Assembly: GCA_030451825.1 (NCBI GenBank) | Contig: JAKDNL010000001.1 | Span: 1 to 62,806 of the forward strand | Length of the DNA stretch: 62,806 nucleotides | Reading direction: 5' to 3' | From: Pseudonocardia sp. | Lineage (GTDB): Bacteria; Actinomycetota; Actinomycetes; Mycobacteriales; Pseudonocardiaceae | Part shown: one piece after another, positions 18,608-28,536 of the stretch | How positions within the stretch are numbered: position 1 is the first letter of the stretch | Layout: every line of letters starts with the position of its first letter | Translations under genes and position numbers: made by a program | Notes under the pieces: model-generated | Told to the model about the DNA's origin: nothing | Seen by the model: only the letters and a program-made list of their open reading frames with translations | Database searches by the model: none

Positions 18608-19948
18608 TCAGCCTCCCGACGCCGAGACGATGGTGCCGGCGACGAGAGTGGCACGGACCAGGGCGGCGTCGGGGGCTCGCAGCACCTCGAAGAGCGGGGC
18701 GTGGAGCAGGACCAGGTCCGCAGGATCACCCGGCCGTAGCGGTCGGTGCGCGACACCGGGTGCCGGGGAGAGCAGACAGTCCAAAGCCTGACGTGTTGTG
18801 ATGGCCTCTTCCGGACCGAGAGGCTCGCCGTCGGGCGTCGTACGTGTGCTCGCGGCACGCAGTACCGCCCAGGGGTCGACCGGTCCGTACGGAGCGTCGG
18901 AGGACAGCACGACCGCGACCCCCGCCTCGTGCAGACTGCGGCAGCGGTACAGGTCGGTGTGCTCGTCGGCCGGTACCGACCGGCGGTAGTCGTCACCCCG
19001 GTCGGCGAGGAACCCGGGCTGGGTCACCACGGCGAGCCCGGCCAGAGACCCGATCAGCTCGGAAGGCACGAGGGCGGCATGTTCGATCCGGTCCCCCGGC
19101 ATCCGCCCCGCCATCTCCAGTGCGACCAGCAGCAGGACCAGCGACTCCCGCGTCACCGAGTGCACGGCAACGGGACGGCCCGCGGCGTGCGCCTGCCCGA
19201 TCCGTGCGGCGAGCTCGTCCGGATCGGGCAGGTCCGAGTCGGCCAGCACGATCTTGTACGGGCCGGCCTCCACCCCTGGCGGGGGCGCCGTACCCAGGGG
19301 GACCCCGAGCAGCGTCAGCCGCTGCGGGACGTCGGAGAGCGCGCCCGCGGCCGCGGGCGTGAGGTCCGGGGTGGCATCGGTGACGGACGTGATCCCGTAC
19401 GCCGCCAGCTCGCGCCCGAGTTCCCCGAGATCGGGCGGCGCCGTAGCGGGCAGGCGGTCCCGCAGCCAGTCGTCCGCGCGGAAGACCCTGCCGGTGGGCA
19501 CACCGTCGGGCCCCCGCTCGACGCCAGGGTGGTCGAGCGGACCGCGCCCGTCCAGCGCCGCGAGCGCCGCCGAGTTCAGCACCCACATCGCTCCGCTGCG
19601 GTGTTGGACCCGGACGGGAACATCGGGCCGGACACGATCGAGCTCCCGAGCGTCGAGGTCGTCGTCACCGCTGCCGACCGCCCTGATCCACCCGTTCCCG
19701 TCCGGCGTCGCCGCGCCGAGCGCGGCGGACAGATCGGCCCGGGTGCGCCCGACGCGGGCCGAGCGCCGAGCCGCGGCGAGTGCGTGCAGGTGCAGGTGGT
19801 GGTCGGTGAGCCCGGGAAGCAGCGCACCGCCGCCGGCGTCGAGGACCTCGGTGACGACGCCGCTCCCGGGCACGGCGATGCGACCGTCGTGGACCAGCAC
19901 GTCCCGACGCGAGCCGTCGATCTCCGCGTCCCGGATCAGCAGTGCCAT
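18608..19948 (-). CDS. Metal-dependent amidohydrolase (Amidohydro_3-like)
   Basis: LLPGLTDHHLH, VAVHS, RIEHA, SSDAP, PGDPADLVLL. Confidence 0.9.
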   Translation of the reverse strand: MALLIRDAEIDGSRRDVLVHDGRIAVPGSGVVTEVLDAGGGALLPGLTDHHLHLHALAAARRSARVGRTRADLSAALGAATPDGNGWIRAVGSGDDDLDARELDRVRPDVPVRVQHRSGAMWVLNSAALAALDGRGPLDHPGVERGPDGVPTGRVFRADDWLRDRLPATAPPDLGELGRELAAYGITSVTDATPDLTPAAAGALSDVPQRLTLLGVPLGTAPPPGVEAGPYKIVLADSDLPDPDELAARIGQAHAAGRPVAVHSVTRESLVLLLVALEMAGRMPGDRIEHAALVPSELIGSLAGLAVVTQPGFLADRGDDYRRSVPADEHTDLYRCRSLHEAGVAVVLSSDAPYGPVDPWAVLRAASTRTTPDGEPLGPEEAITTRQALDCLLSPAPGVAHRPLRPGDPADLVLLHAPLFEVLRAPDAALVRATLVAGTIVSASGG

Positions 19949-21099
19949 CGGATCCCGAGACCGGCCAGCACCGCCGCGGTGTCCGCTGCGGAAGCGGGTG
20001 CCCGGCCGGACAACGAGCGGGCCCGGGGCGGCGCGACCGGCCGCGGTTCCACCCCCGTCACCGATCCTCCCGGGGTGCCGTCGAGCGTCGCGGCGACGAC
20101 GTCGGCCATCGAGACGTCGTGCAGCAGGGCGGGCCCGGTCAGTGCACGCGCGGCGGCGGTCAGCCCCGTGAGCGGGTCGGCGATCGCGTCGCCCACGAAG
20201 ACCGGCAGGCCTTCGGCGTCCCGCGCGACCAGCCCCGCTGCGGCTGCGACGTCGTCGCCGAAGCCGACCCGGTCCGAGTCCCGACCGGCCGCAGTGATCG
20301 AGATCCAGGTCGCCCCGCGCGCCACCTCGACGTCGGCGTCGAGCCCGAACCCGCGCAGCGCCCGTGGCCGGGAGGCCTCGATGACGACGTCCGCGGCCCG
20401 GACGAGCCCGTGCAGCGCTTCACGGTCCGTGACCGGGTCGAGCAGCACCGCCCGATCACCGGCGTGCAGCAGGGCGTGGAAGTCAGGATCGCCGCGGCGG
20501 GCGCCGTCCGGCCGCTGCGGGGTCTCGACCGTCACCACCCGCGCCCCCAGCCCTCCCAGCAGCTGCGCGCACAGCGGTGCGGCCCACAGCGCGCCGAACG
20601 AGACGACCAGGAGCCCCTCGACAGCGCGCGGCAGGCCCAGCGCCGGAAGTACCCGCGAGTCCGCGGATGCACCGGGCGCACGGACGGCTGCGGCGGGGAC
20701 GCCCAGTAGCGCAGCGCGCTCGTCGACGGTGTCGGGCGGCATGTCGGCGAGAGCTTCGGCGAGACGAGGCCACGGGTCCGCATCCGGAAGGGCTTCCTCC
20801 ACCAGCGCTCCGAGCAGCGCGACATCGTCCGGGCGGACGCAGGAGACCGCCGCCCAACTACCCGCGAGCGGCAGCAGCCGACAGCCCCCACCCACCGATA
20901 TCCGTCCGGCGCGGCCTCGTCCGGTGAACGCCGCGCGTTCCCCGAGCAGCGCGGCCCCGTCCACCCCGAACAGCTCGCCGAGCTCGGCCGCGACCGAGGC
21001 GGCCCGACCCGGCGGGAACAACGCGGGGCCATCGGGATGCCCGGTCAGCGCCACGACGCCGGAGGCCAGCCAGTCGGCGGCGACGTCCCTGTCCTGCAC
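19936..21099 (-). CDS. Family III CoA-transferase (CaiB/BaiF), degenerate N-terminal half
   Basis: LWAAPLC...GARVVTVE...RPDGAR, ADVVIEASRPRAL, GDAIADPLTG; start uncertain. Confidence 0.8.
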   Translation of the reverse strand: MQDRDVAADWLASGVVALTGHPDGPALFPPGRAASVAAELGELFGVDGAALLGERAAFTGRGRAGRISVGGGCRLLPLAGSWAAVSCVRPDDVALLGALVEEALPDADPWPRLAEALADMPPDTVDERAALLGVPAAAVRAPGASADSRVLPALGLPRAVEGLLVVSFGALWAAPLCAQLLGGLGARVVTVETPQRPDGARRGDPDFHALLHAGDRAVLLDPVTDREALHGLVRAADVVIEASRPRALRGFGLDADVEVARGATWISITAAGRDSDRVGFGDDVAAAAGLVARDAEGLPVFVGDAIADPLTGLTAAARALTGPALLHDVSMADVVAATLDGTPGGSVTGVEPRPVAPPRARSLSGRAPASAADTAAVLAGLGIRWHC

Positions 21100-21365
21100 G
21101 TTGCGAAGAATAGCTCCGGCTCCCCCGACCGGCGTCCCGCTCGTCCGGACGGCCACCGCTGACGCTCTGGCGGCGTCGATCACGACGCCCTCGACCGGCA
21201 GCCTCCGACGCGTCGCGCGCCCGACCGAGACACGATGTCGGGCCGCACGCGATCGGCAGATCAGCAGGTCGGGCACCGGGGCGCTCTGATCCCCGGGGTG
21301 CCCGTCCGGTCATCGGCAGGGGTTGCGGTGCCCGGATTCGTCGGTCTGCGTAACCCCTCCCCCGG

Positions 21366-21384
21366 CTAATCGTTACAAAGTTTA
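21366..21384 (-). promoter_or_regulatory. Shared operator motif, copy 1 of 9
   Basis: Minus strand TAAACTTTGTAACGATTAG, between the divergent CoA-transferase and Vgb-like genes. Confidence 0.6.
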
Positions 21385-21473
21385 CTGGCCTTCAGCTGCC
21401 GTCACCGGGGCCGCCCTCGGCGGGTGGCCCGGCCCCATGAGCTACACCGTCGAGCGAGAGGAAAGAAGACCTG

Positions 21474-22742
21474 ATGCGAGCTTCAACGACGAGGCGCAAG
21501 GTGGGAGTGGCCACGACGACGAGTGCCGCACTGGTCGTCGGCGTGGTCCTGGCCACCGCCGCACCGGCCACGGCCGCGCCCGGTGTCGCCGAGCCCGGCT
21601 CCGAAGGCGCAGCCGCGGCAGCCGCCGAGCCGTTCGCCACCGACGCACCGGGGATGAACATCGGCACGGCCACGTTCCCCAACGGCGCGGGCCCGATCAA
21701 GGAGTTCCCCGCCTTCCCGACCCCGGGCGGCTTCTCCTGCGAGGTGGCGATCGCGAACAACGGCGACCTCATCTCCGACGAGTTCCTCGGGAACACGATG
21801 GGCCGCGTCGACCCGCACACCGGCGAGGTGAGCGAGATCCCGCTCCCCAACCCCGGCGGCCTGCCCGGCGGGCAGAACCGCGGCCCGGACGGGCACATCT
21901 GGTTCATGGAGGTGGGCGGCAACGCCATCGGTGAGCTCGACCCGGAGACCGAGGAGATCACGACCCACCCGTTCCCGTGGGCGAACGTGAACGTCACCAC
22001 CGGCCTCCCTCTCCCCAAGGAGATCAACAACGGACCGGGTATCCCGTTCGACAACACCTGGGCCAAGGACGGCAAGCTCTACTTCACCGCGATCGGCCTG
22101 AACGCGATCGGTAGCTTCGAGCCCGAGTCGGAGAAGTTCGAGCTCATCCCGATCCCGACGCCGGCGGCAGGGCCGGTCGCCATGGAGGAAGGCCCCGACG
22201 GCACGGTCGCCATCACGGAGGGGACCTCGAACAAGATCGCCCTCTACGACACCGACACGGCCGAGTGGAACGAGTTCGCCATCCCGACGCCGGGCGTGAC
22301 CTTCCCGGCGGGTCTGACGGTGTCGCCCGACGACAGGTACCTCTACTTCGGCGAGACCCTCGCCAACAAGATCGGCCGTCTCGACCCGGCCACCGGCGAG
22401 ATCAAGGAGTACGACCTGATCGCACTCCGGAAGGACCTGCTGGGCGGCGCCCTCCCAGGGGGCAACCCGCTGCCCAACCCGGGCCAGCTGCGCTTCGGTA
22501 GCGACGGCAAGATCTACTTCGTTCAGGGCACCTTCACCGGGGGCAGCCGGATCGGCCAGCTCGACCCGGAGACCAGCGAGTACCACGAGCTCGAGACCCC
22601 GTCTCCGGTCTCGATGCCGTGCGACCTGAACAACACGGTCCCCGGAAAGATGATCTTCGCGAGCTTCCGGAGCAACCGGGTCGCCTACTTCGACATCCCG
22701 AACACCACCGACATCAGCAACACCTACCCGCTGCACGGCTGA
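21474..22742 (+). CDS. Secreted Vgb (virginiamycin B lyase)-like beta-propeller protein
   Basis: Signal peptide (RRK, hydrophobic core, ATA-A); repeated blades GPDGxxWFxExxxNxIGxxDPxTGE. Confidence 0.85.
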   Translation: MRASTTRRKVGVATTTSAALVVGVVLATAAPATAAPGVAEPGSEGAAAAAAEPFATDAPGMNIGTATFPNGAGPIKEFPAFPTPGGFSCEVAIANNGDLISDEFLGNTMGRVDPHTGEVSEIPLPNPGGLPGGQNRGPDGHIWFMEVGGNAIGELDPETEEITTHPFPWANVNVTTGLPLPKEINNGPGIPFDNTWAKDGKLYFTAIGLNAIGSFEPESEKFELIPIPTPAAGPVAMEEGPDGTVAITEGTSNKIALYDTDTAEWNEFAIPTPGVTFPAGLTVSPDDRYLYFGETLANKIGRLDPATGEIKEYDLIALRKDLLGGALPGGNPLPNPGQLRFGSDGKIYFVQGTFTGGSRIGQLDPETSEYHELETPSPVSMPCDLNNTVPGKMIFASFRSNRVAYFDIPNTTDISNTYPLHG

Positions 22743-22758
22743 GCCGGCAGCGGCTCAC

Positions 22759-22895
22759 CGGAGAGGGGTGGGGGGGGCCGTGGGCGGGGGCCCCCACCCC
22801 ACCCCCCGGCCCCCCCCCGGCGCCCGGGCTGCCCGGCCGGGGCCCACCGGGTGGGGGGGGGGGGGGCCGTGGGGGGGCCCCCCCGACCCTCTCCG
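22759..22895. repeat. G/C homopolymer-rich imperfect inverted repeat
   Basis: CGGAGAGGG (22759-22767) pairs with CCCTCTCCG (22887-22895); interior is alternating G and C runs including G14 at 22853-22866. Confidence 0.6.
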
Positions 22896-22935
22896 CTGCA
22901 CGAGAGATGGAACCGAACACACCTCAAGGAGTCCG

Positions 22936-23700
22936 ATGCCCGACGAAGTCCTCGTGGAGCGCAGGGGTCCGGTCCAGGTGATCAGCATCAACAGGCCCAC
23001 CGCCAGGAACGCCCTCGACGCCACCGTCGCCCGAGGGGTGGCCGACGCGGTCGAAGAGCTGGACTCCTCGGACGACCTGCGGGTCGGCGTGCTCACCGGG
23101 GCCGGCGGCGTCTTCTCCGCCGGCATGGACCTCAACGCCTACCTGCGCGGCGAGACACCGGAGATCGAGGGCCGCGGGCTGTGCGGCATCACCGAGACCC
23201 CGCCGCGCAAGCCCCTGATCGGAGCCGTCGAGGGGTGGGCACTCGCCGGCGGCTTCGAGCTCGTGCTCGCCTGCGACCTCGTCGTCGCCTCCCGCACCGC
23301 GCGGTTCGGGGTACCGGAGGTGAAACGGGCTCTCGTCGCAGGCGGCGGTGGAGCATTGCTGCTGCCGCGGCGGGTGCCGCAGGCCGTGGCGCTGGAGATG
23401 CTGCTGACCGGCGAGCCCATCGACGCGGAGCGGGCCGTCGCGATCGGTCTCGTGAACCGCCGCAGCGACGAGGGCGCCGCGCTGGACACCGCCGTCGCGC
23501 TGGCCGACACCATCGCCGGGAACGGTCCGCTGGCCGTCGCGGTGAGCAAACGGGTCGCCCGGTCCAGCGCGGACTGGACACTCGACGACGCGTGGCGACG
23601 CCAGCGCGAGCTCGTCGACCCCGTGTTCGCGTCGGCGGACGCTCGCGAGGGCGCGACCGCGTTCGCGGAGAAGCGCGCCCCGGTCTGGACCGGCCGATGA
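22936..23700 (+). CDS. Enoyl-CoA hydratase/crotonase
   Basis: NRPTARNA, FSAGMDL, GGGFE-type motif (AGGFE), PEV, EGATAFAEKRAPVW; AAGGAG RBS. Confidence 0.93.
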   Translation: MPDEVLVERRGPVQVISINRPTARNALDATVARGVADAVEELDSSDDLRVGVLTGAGGVFSAGMDLNAYLRGETPEIEGRGLCGITETPPRKPLIGAVEGWALAGGFELVLACDLVVASRTARFGVPEVKRALVAGGGGALLLPRRVPQAVALEMLLTGEPIDAERAVAIGLVNRRSDEGAALDTAVALADTIAGNGPLAVAVSKRVARSSADWTLDDAWRRQRELVDPVFASADAREGATAFAEKRAPVWTGR

Positions 23701-23785
23701 CCTCGGCAGCGGTCGCTCGACAGGCCGCTCGGCGGGGCCCGACGATACGATGCGAGCACCGCCGGTACCCCTGACCAGGAGCGCG

Positions 23786-24850
23786 ATGCCTCCCGCCGTG
23801 CCGATCACCGCGGCCGACCTGGCCGACGGGGCCGCCGACCTCCCCCTGCTGGACGACCGCGCCCGGGTGACCGACCCCGTCCTGGTCGTGGATCTCGAGA
23901 CACCGGCCGGACCCGTGACGGTGCGCGCCGCCCGCGCGGCCGCGCAGCGGTCCGACCGCCTGCTGGTCGGAACGGCCCGGGCACCCGGTCACCCGCTGGC
24001 CCCGGCGCTGGACGTGGTCCTGGTCCCGGCTCGGACGCAGCAGGCGGACGATCGCACCTCGGTGGCCGTGAGCGATGTGCCGGCGGCGGCGGAGACGCTG
24101 CGGCGACGGGCCGACGTCGCACCCGTCGCCTCTCTGGTGCTCGGCGGGTTGCTGCGCCGGACCTCGGGGGCCCCGGTCGCCGACGCCCTGGACGCGGAGT
24201 CGCTGGCCTACTCGACGCTGCTCGGTGGTGCGGAGTTCGGCCGGTGGCTCGGCGAGCGACGCGCGGCCGGGTCCCGCTCGGCACCGGCCGACGTTCCCGA
24301 GCCGGTGCGTCTCGTCCGCGACGGGGACCGCCTGACTCTCACCCTGAACCGACCGGAACGGCGCAACGCCTTCGGACGGCAGGTCCGTGACGCCGTGGTC
24401 GAGGCGCTCCGGCCGGCCGTGCTCAACTCCTCCGTGACCTCGGTGGTGCTCCGGGGCGCGGGCCCGGCCTTCTGCTCGGGCGGCGACCTCGACGAGTTCG
24501 GCACCGCATCGGACCTCGCGACAGCGCACCTCGTGCGTACCCGTGGCGGGCCGGCACTGCTGCTGCACTCTCTCGCCGACCGGACCGTGGCGCACCTGCA
24601 CGGCACCTGTGTCGGGGCCGGGATCGAGTTGCCGGCGTTCGCGGGGCGCGTCCTGGCCTCGCCCGGTTCGACGTTCCGGTTGCCCGAGATCGGCATGGGG
24701 TTGATCCCCGGCGCCGGTGGGACCGTCGCCATCCCGCGCCGGATCGGCCGCTGGCGGACCTTCTACATGGCGCTCAGCGGTGCCGCCGTCCCGCTCGAGC
24801 AGGCTCTGGCGTGGGGACTCGTCGACGCAGCGTCGTCCCGGCCGTCCTGA
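23786..24850 (+). CDS. Enoyl-CoA hydratase/isomerase family protein with N-terminal extension
   Basis: [38 protein letters not shown]; [11 protein letters not shown] linker. Confidence 0.88.
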   Translation: MPPAVPITAADLADGAADLPLLDDRARVTDPVLVVDLETPAGPVTVRAARAAAQRSDRLLVGTARAPGHPLAPALDVVLVPARTQQADDRTSVAVSDVPAAAETLRRRADVAPVASLVLGGLLRRTSGAPVADALDAESLAYSTLLGGAEFGRWLGERRAAGSRSAPADVPEPVRLVRDGDRLTLTLNRPERRNAFGRQVRDAVVEALRPAVLNSSVTSVVLRGAGPAFCSGGDLDEFGTASDLATAHLVRTRGGPALLLHSLADRTVAHLHGTCVGAGIELPAFAGRVLASPGSTFRLPEIGMGLIPGAGGTVAIPRRIGRWRTFYMALSGAAVPLEQALAWGLVDAASSRPS

Positions 24851-24863
24851 TCAGGCCACCCCG

Positions 24864-26204
24864 CTACGCGACCTGCGCCCGGTCCTCGGCCTCCTCGACG
24901 TCGGGGGACGGTCCGTTCAGGCGGGTGGCGACGAGGACGCCCACGAGGCCCAGCAGGGCGAGGCACGTCAGCATCACGCTCAACGCGGTCGTTCCGTCAC
25001 CCGCGTACGCGAGCTGCACGGCGAGCAGTGGCACGCCTGCCGCGCCGACCATGTTGCCCAGCTCGCGGGCCAGCCCCATCCCGCTGTACCGGTAGCGCGT
25101 CGCGAAGAGCTCGGCCACCAGGGGCCCGGCCGGCGCCACGATCGCCGAGGCCGCCACTCCGTTGCCCAGGAACATCGCGATCGACAGGCCCAGCGGCCAG
25201 CCGGGCTGGACCAGGCCGAAGAAGGGGAAGGCCAGCGCGCCGGAGGCGACCAGACCCATCGTGATCACGGTCTTGCGCCCGATGCGGTCGGAGAGCCACC
25301 CGAAGACGGGGATCAGCAGACCGCACGAGATCTGGGCGACGAGGAGCCCGACGAACGTGTCGGTGCGGGACAGGCCGATCTGGTTCCCCGCGTAGGACAC
25401 GACGAACACGAGATAGAAGTAGCCGAACCCGATCTGGGCCGTGACGATCGCGACGATCGCCAGCACCGAACCGGGCTGACGGCGAAGGATGTCGCGTAGC
25501 GGAGTTCGTGCGGTGCCGCCGTCTCGGTCGATCCGACGGAAGCTGGGCGTCTCCGGGAGCCCGATCCGCAGCCAGAGCCCGTAGCCGACCAGCACGGCGC
25601 TGAGCAGGAACGGGATCCGCCAGCCCCAGTCGAAGAACTGTTCCGCGGGCAGCACCGAGGACGCCGCGAGCAACGCCAGCGTTCCCAGCATGCCCCCGAA
25701 GGACGCCCCGGCCGCCGGGAGCGAGCCGAGCAACCCGCGCCGCCCCTCGGGGGCGAACTCCACGGCCACGAGGGTGGCACCCCCGAACTCGCCGCTGGCA
25801 CCGATCCCCTGGAGCAGGCGCAACAGGACCAGCAGCGCCGGGGCGAGCCACCCGATCGCGGCGTAGGACGGCACCAGCCCGATGCCGATGGTCGCCACAC
25901 CCATGATGACCAGCGTGAACACCAGGACGCGTTGGCGTCCGATCCGGTCGCCGATGCTTCCCAGGATCGCGCCGCCCAGCGGCCGGACGAGGAAGGCCAC
26001 GGCGAAGGTCGCCACGGACTGCACGGTGGCCAGGAACGGCGAGGCGCCCGGGAAGAAGACCGTGGGGAACACCGTCGCGGCGGCCGAGGCGTACAGGCTG
26101 AAGTCGTAGTACTCCAGGACCGAGCCGGCGAACGCGGCGGCACCGGCTCGTCTCGGTGCTCCCGGCGCTGCGGCCGCGGTCGCTGCGGGTCGTGCAGAGG
26201 TCAT
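24864..26204 (-). CDS. MFS transporter, MHS family
   Basis: GSVLEYYDF, VRPLGG...GDRIGR, GEFGGA, WGWRIPFL, PETP. Confidence 0.92.
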   Translation of the reverse strand: MTSARPAATAAAAPGAPRRAGAAAFAGSVLEYYDFSLYASAAATVFPTVFFPGASPFLATVQSVATFAVAFLVRPLGGAILGSIGDRIGRQRVLVFTLVIMGVATIGIGLVPSYAAIGWLAPALLVLLRLLQGIGASGEFGGATLVAVEFAPEGRRGLLGSLPAAGASFGGMLGTLALLAASSVLPAEQFFDWGWRIPFLLSAVLVGYGLWLRIGLPETPSFRRIDRDGGTARTPLRDILRRQPGSVLAIVAIVTAQIGFGYFYLVFVVSYAGNQIGLSRTDTFVGLLVAQISCGLLIPVFGWLSDRIGRKTVITMGLVASGALAFPFFGLVQPGWPLGLSIAMFLGNGVAASAIVAPAGPLVAELFATRYRYSGMGLARELGNMVGAAGVPLLAVQLAYAGDGTTALSVMLTCLALLGLVGVLVATRLNGPSPDVEEAEDRAQVA

Positions 26205-26321
26205 CGCTGATCCACTCCCGGCCGACGGACCGAGGTGGTCCACCGGCCCGCGTGCGGCACGGGGTCGAGTCGCCGACGGGGCACCGTCGCCCATGGAGGA
26301 CGTCTGCCCTCCTAAACTATT

Positions 26322-26424
26322 TAAGCTTTATAAGTTTACGAAGTCCAGACCCCACGTAGGCCGAGTGACGGGCGCGCCGGGTCGGCAGTCGCATTCCTGG
26401 CCGCTTTATCTGTGTAAGCTTAGC
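26322..26424 (+). promoter_or_regulatory. Shared operator motif, copies 2 and 3
   Basis: TAAGCTTTATAAGTTTACG (26322-26340) and TTATCTGTGTAAGCTTAGC (26406-26424) between the MFS gene and GntR-1. Confidence 0.65.
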
Positions 26425-26493
26425 CAGGATCGAGAGTCGGGGATGCTCGCGTCCGAGCGTCGTCGGCCGACCGCGAGACGCAGGGGGACGGCC

Positions 26494-27372
26494 GTGCTCG
26501 GCAACAGCGACCATCCGCGAACGGCCCGGGTCCAGCCGCGACTGGCGGAGATCATCGCCGCCGAGCTGCGGGAGGAGATCCTCAACGACGCCTTCCCGTC
26601 CGGCATGCTGCCCAAGCAGGAAGACCTGGTGGCCCGGTTCGGTGTGAGCGCGCCACCCCTGCGCGAGGCCCTCCGCATCCTCGAGGGCGAAGGGCTGATC
26701 ACGGTGCGACGGGGCAAGGTGGGCGGCTCGGTCGTCCACAAGCCGAACGGCGCGTCCGTGTCACAGGCCATCGGTATGGCCCTGCAGGCCGAGCACGTGG
26801 CGTTGAGCGATCTCGCTGAGGCCCTGTTGCAGTGGGAGCCGGCCTGTGCGGCGGCGTGCGCGGCCGACCCCGGTCGCGTCGACGCACTCGGCCCGCTGGT
26901 CGAGGCGAACCTCGAGCTGACCGAGGCGGCCATCGGTGACGGGCCCGAGTTCACCCACCGCTCGCGCCAGTTCCACGATCTCCTCGTGGCCCAGACCCCC
27001 AGCATCACGACCCGCCTGCTGGTCCGCAGCATGGTCGCGCTGTGGTCGGCCCAGGAGGAGACGTGGGCGCACGAGGTCAGCGCAGGTGGCCGGTACCCGG
27101 CGGCCGACGAGCAGCGGACCGTGCTGGACGCGCACCGGCGGATCGCCGAGCGCATCATGTCCGGCGACGAGGCCGCCGCCGAGCGCGGAGCGCGCTCGCA
27201 CATCGCGGCGACCCAGAAGCTGGTCCTGCGTGAGTTCGGCCGCCGGATCGTCGACGCGTCGTCCTCACGAGCCGTCCGCGGGCTCCGCGACGACATCGCC
27301 CGGCAGTTCAACCGGGACAACCCGATCGCCGACCTCGAGCTCCGACGCCTCGGCCGCGACCAGGCGATCTGA
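26494..27372 (+). CDS. GntR/FadR-family regulator (paralogue 1)
   Basis: LPKQEDLVARFGVSAPPLREALRILEGEGLITVRRG, FCD domain (FHDLL, HRRI, H); alternative start at 26443. Confidence 0.92.
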   Translation: MLGNSDHPRTARVQPRLAEIIAAELREEILNDAFPSGMLPKQEDLVARFGVSAPPLREALRILEGEGLITVRRGKVGGSVVHKPNGASVSQAIGMALQAEHVALSDLAEALLQWEPACAAACAADPGRVDALGPLVEANLELTEAAIGDGPEFTHRSRQFHDLLVAQTPSITTRLLVRSMVALWSAQEETWAHEVSAGGRYPAADEQRTVLDAHRRIAERIMSGDEAAAERGARSHIAATQKLVLREFGRRIVDASSSRAVRGLRDDIARQFNRDNPIADLELRRLGRDQAI

Positions 27373-27386
27373 CCGGCGACGCACCG

Positions 27387-27411
27387 CCGCCGGGGTGGCG
27401 GACCCCGGCGG
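27387..27411. terminator. Hairpin between convergent genes (possible terminator)
   Basis: CCGCCGGGGT-ggcgg-ACCCCGGCGG, perfect 10-bp stem, no U-tract. Confidence 0.5.
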
Positions 27412-27417
27412 TCGACG

Positions 27418-28530
27418 TCATCGGGGCAGGCCGAGCAGCCGCTGCGCGATGATGTTGAGCTGGACCTGCTCGCTACCGCCGTAGATCGACGCCGCGCGGC
27501 CGTAGAGGTAGCGGCGCAGCCACTCCGGGTTCACCGCACCCGACAGCGCGGCCGGGCCGGCCAGCCGCAACGCCGCACCGTGGAGCGCCTGGTCGACGCT
27601 GGTCATCAGGATCTTGTCCACCGACATCTCAGGACCGGGCAGGGCGTCCGAGCTCTCACGTTCCTGCAGTCTGCGCCGAACGTGCTGACCCAGCACGCGG
27701 TAGTGCACCTCGAGACGCCCGAGCTCGGTACGCACCGCCGCGTCGTCCAGGTCGGACTGCGCGCGCAGTTCCTGCAGAGCCGCACCGAACTTCGACAGGT
27801 ACCCGACGTCCGCGGCGCCGCGCTCGTAGGCGACGGTCATCATCGCGATCGGCCAGCCGTCGCCCTCCACCCCGATCCGGGCAGCCTCGGGGACCGCGAC
27901 CTCGTCGAGGAAGATCTCACTGAACTCGGACGCGCCGGTGATCGCGACGATCGGCCGGATCCGGACACCCGGCGCGTCCATCGGGACGACGAAGGCGGAG
28001 ATGCCCTTGTGCCGCCCGTCGGCCGGGCCGGTGCGGGCCAGCAGCAGGCAGTGGTCGGCGTGGTCGGCGTAGGTGCTCCACACCTTCTGCCCGGTGATCC
28101 GGTACCCGCCCTCGCCGGGCGTGGCCCGGGTGGCGATGTTGGCCAGGTCCGAGCCCGCCTCGGGCTCGCTGAAACCCTGGCACCAGAAGTCGTCGCCGTT
28201 GAGCAGACCGGGCAGGTAACGGTCCTTCTGCTCGTCGGTCCCCCACTGCAGAAGAGCGCGTCCGAGGTAACCGATCCGAGGAGCGTCCGGCGCGTCGGCG
28301 GCACCGACCTCCTCGTTCAGCACGACGTCGTAGACGTTGCCGAGCTCGTGACCCCCGTACTCCTTCGGCCAGGCCACGCCGACCCAGCCGCCCCGGTGGA
28401 GCACCTGGTGCCAGCGCTTCAGGAACATCGGCTCCGGCTCGCCGGACTCCGCGACGATCACGTTGTCGGCCAGCCAGTCCCGCAGCCGGCGCCGGAACCG
28501 GGCGACGTCCTCGGTGTCACCGAAGTCCAT
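27418..28530 (-). CDS. Acyl-CoA dehydrogenase, major subunit of a heteromeric ACAD
   Basis: WPKEYGG, WCQGFSEPEAGSDLA, GQKVWST, YERG, SIYGGSEQVQLNIIA. Confidence 0.93.
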   Translation of the reverse strand: MDFGDTEDVARFRRRLRDWLADNVIVAESGEPEPMFLKRWHQVLHRGGWVGVAWPKEYGGHELGNVYDVVLNEEVGAADAPDAPRIGYLGRALLQWGTDEQKDRYLPGLLNGDDFWCQGFSEPEAGSDLANIATRATPGEGGYRITGQKVWSTYADHADHCLLLARTGPADGRHKGISAFVVPMDAPGVRIRPIVAITGASEFSEIFLDEVAVPEAARIGVEGDGWPIAMMTVAYERGAADVGYLSKFGAALQELRAQSDLDDAAVRTELGRLEVHYRVLGQHVRRRLQERESSDALPGPEMSVDKILMTSVDQALHGAALRLAGPAALSGAVNPEWLRRYLYGRAASIYGGSEQVQLNIIAQRLLGLPR

Positions 28531-28536
28531 GGACCC

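Noticed and set aside
21474-22742. Calling this the streptogramin resistance gene vgb
   Set aside because: It has a signal peptide, apparently lacks the catalytic His motif and has no antibiotic context.
22755-23135. Gly/Pro-rich ORFs across the G/C tract, or a CRISPR/tandem array there
   Set aside because: Low-complexity translation; no regular repeat-spacer period and no cas genes.
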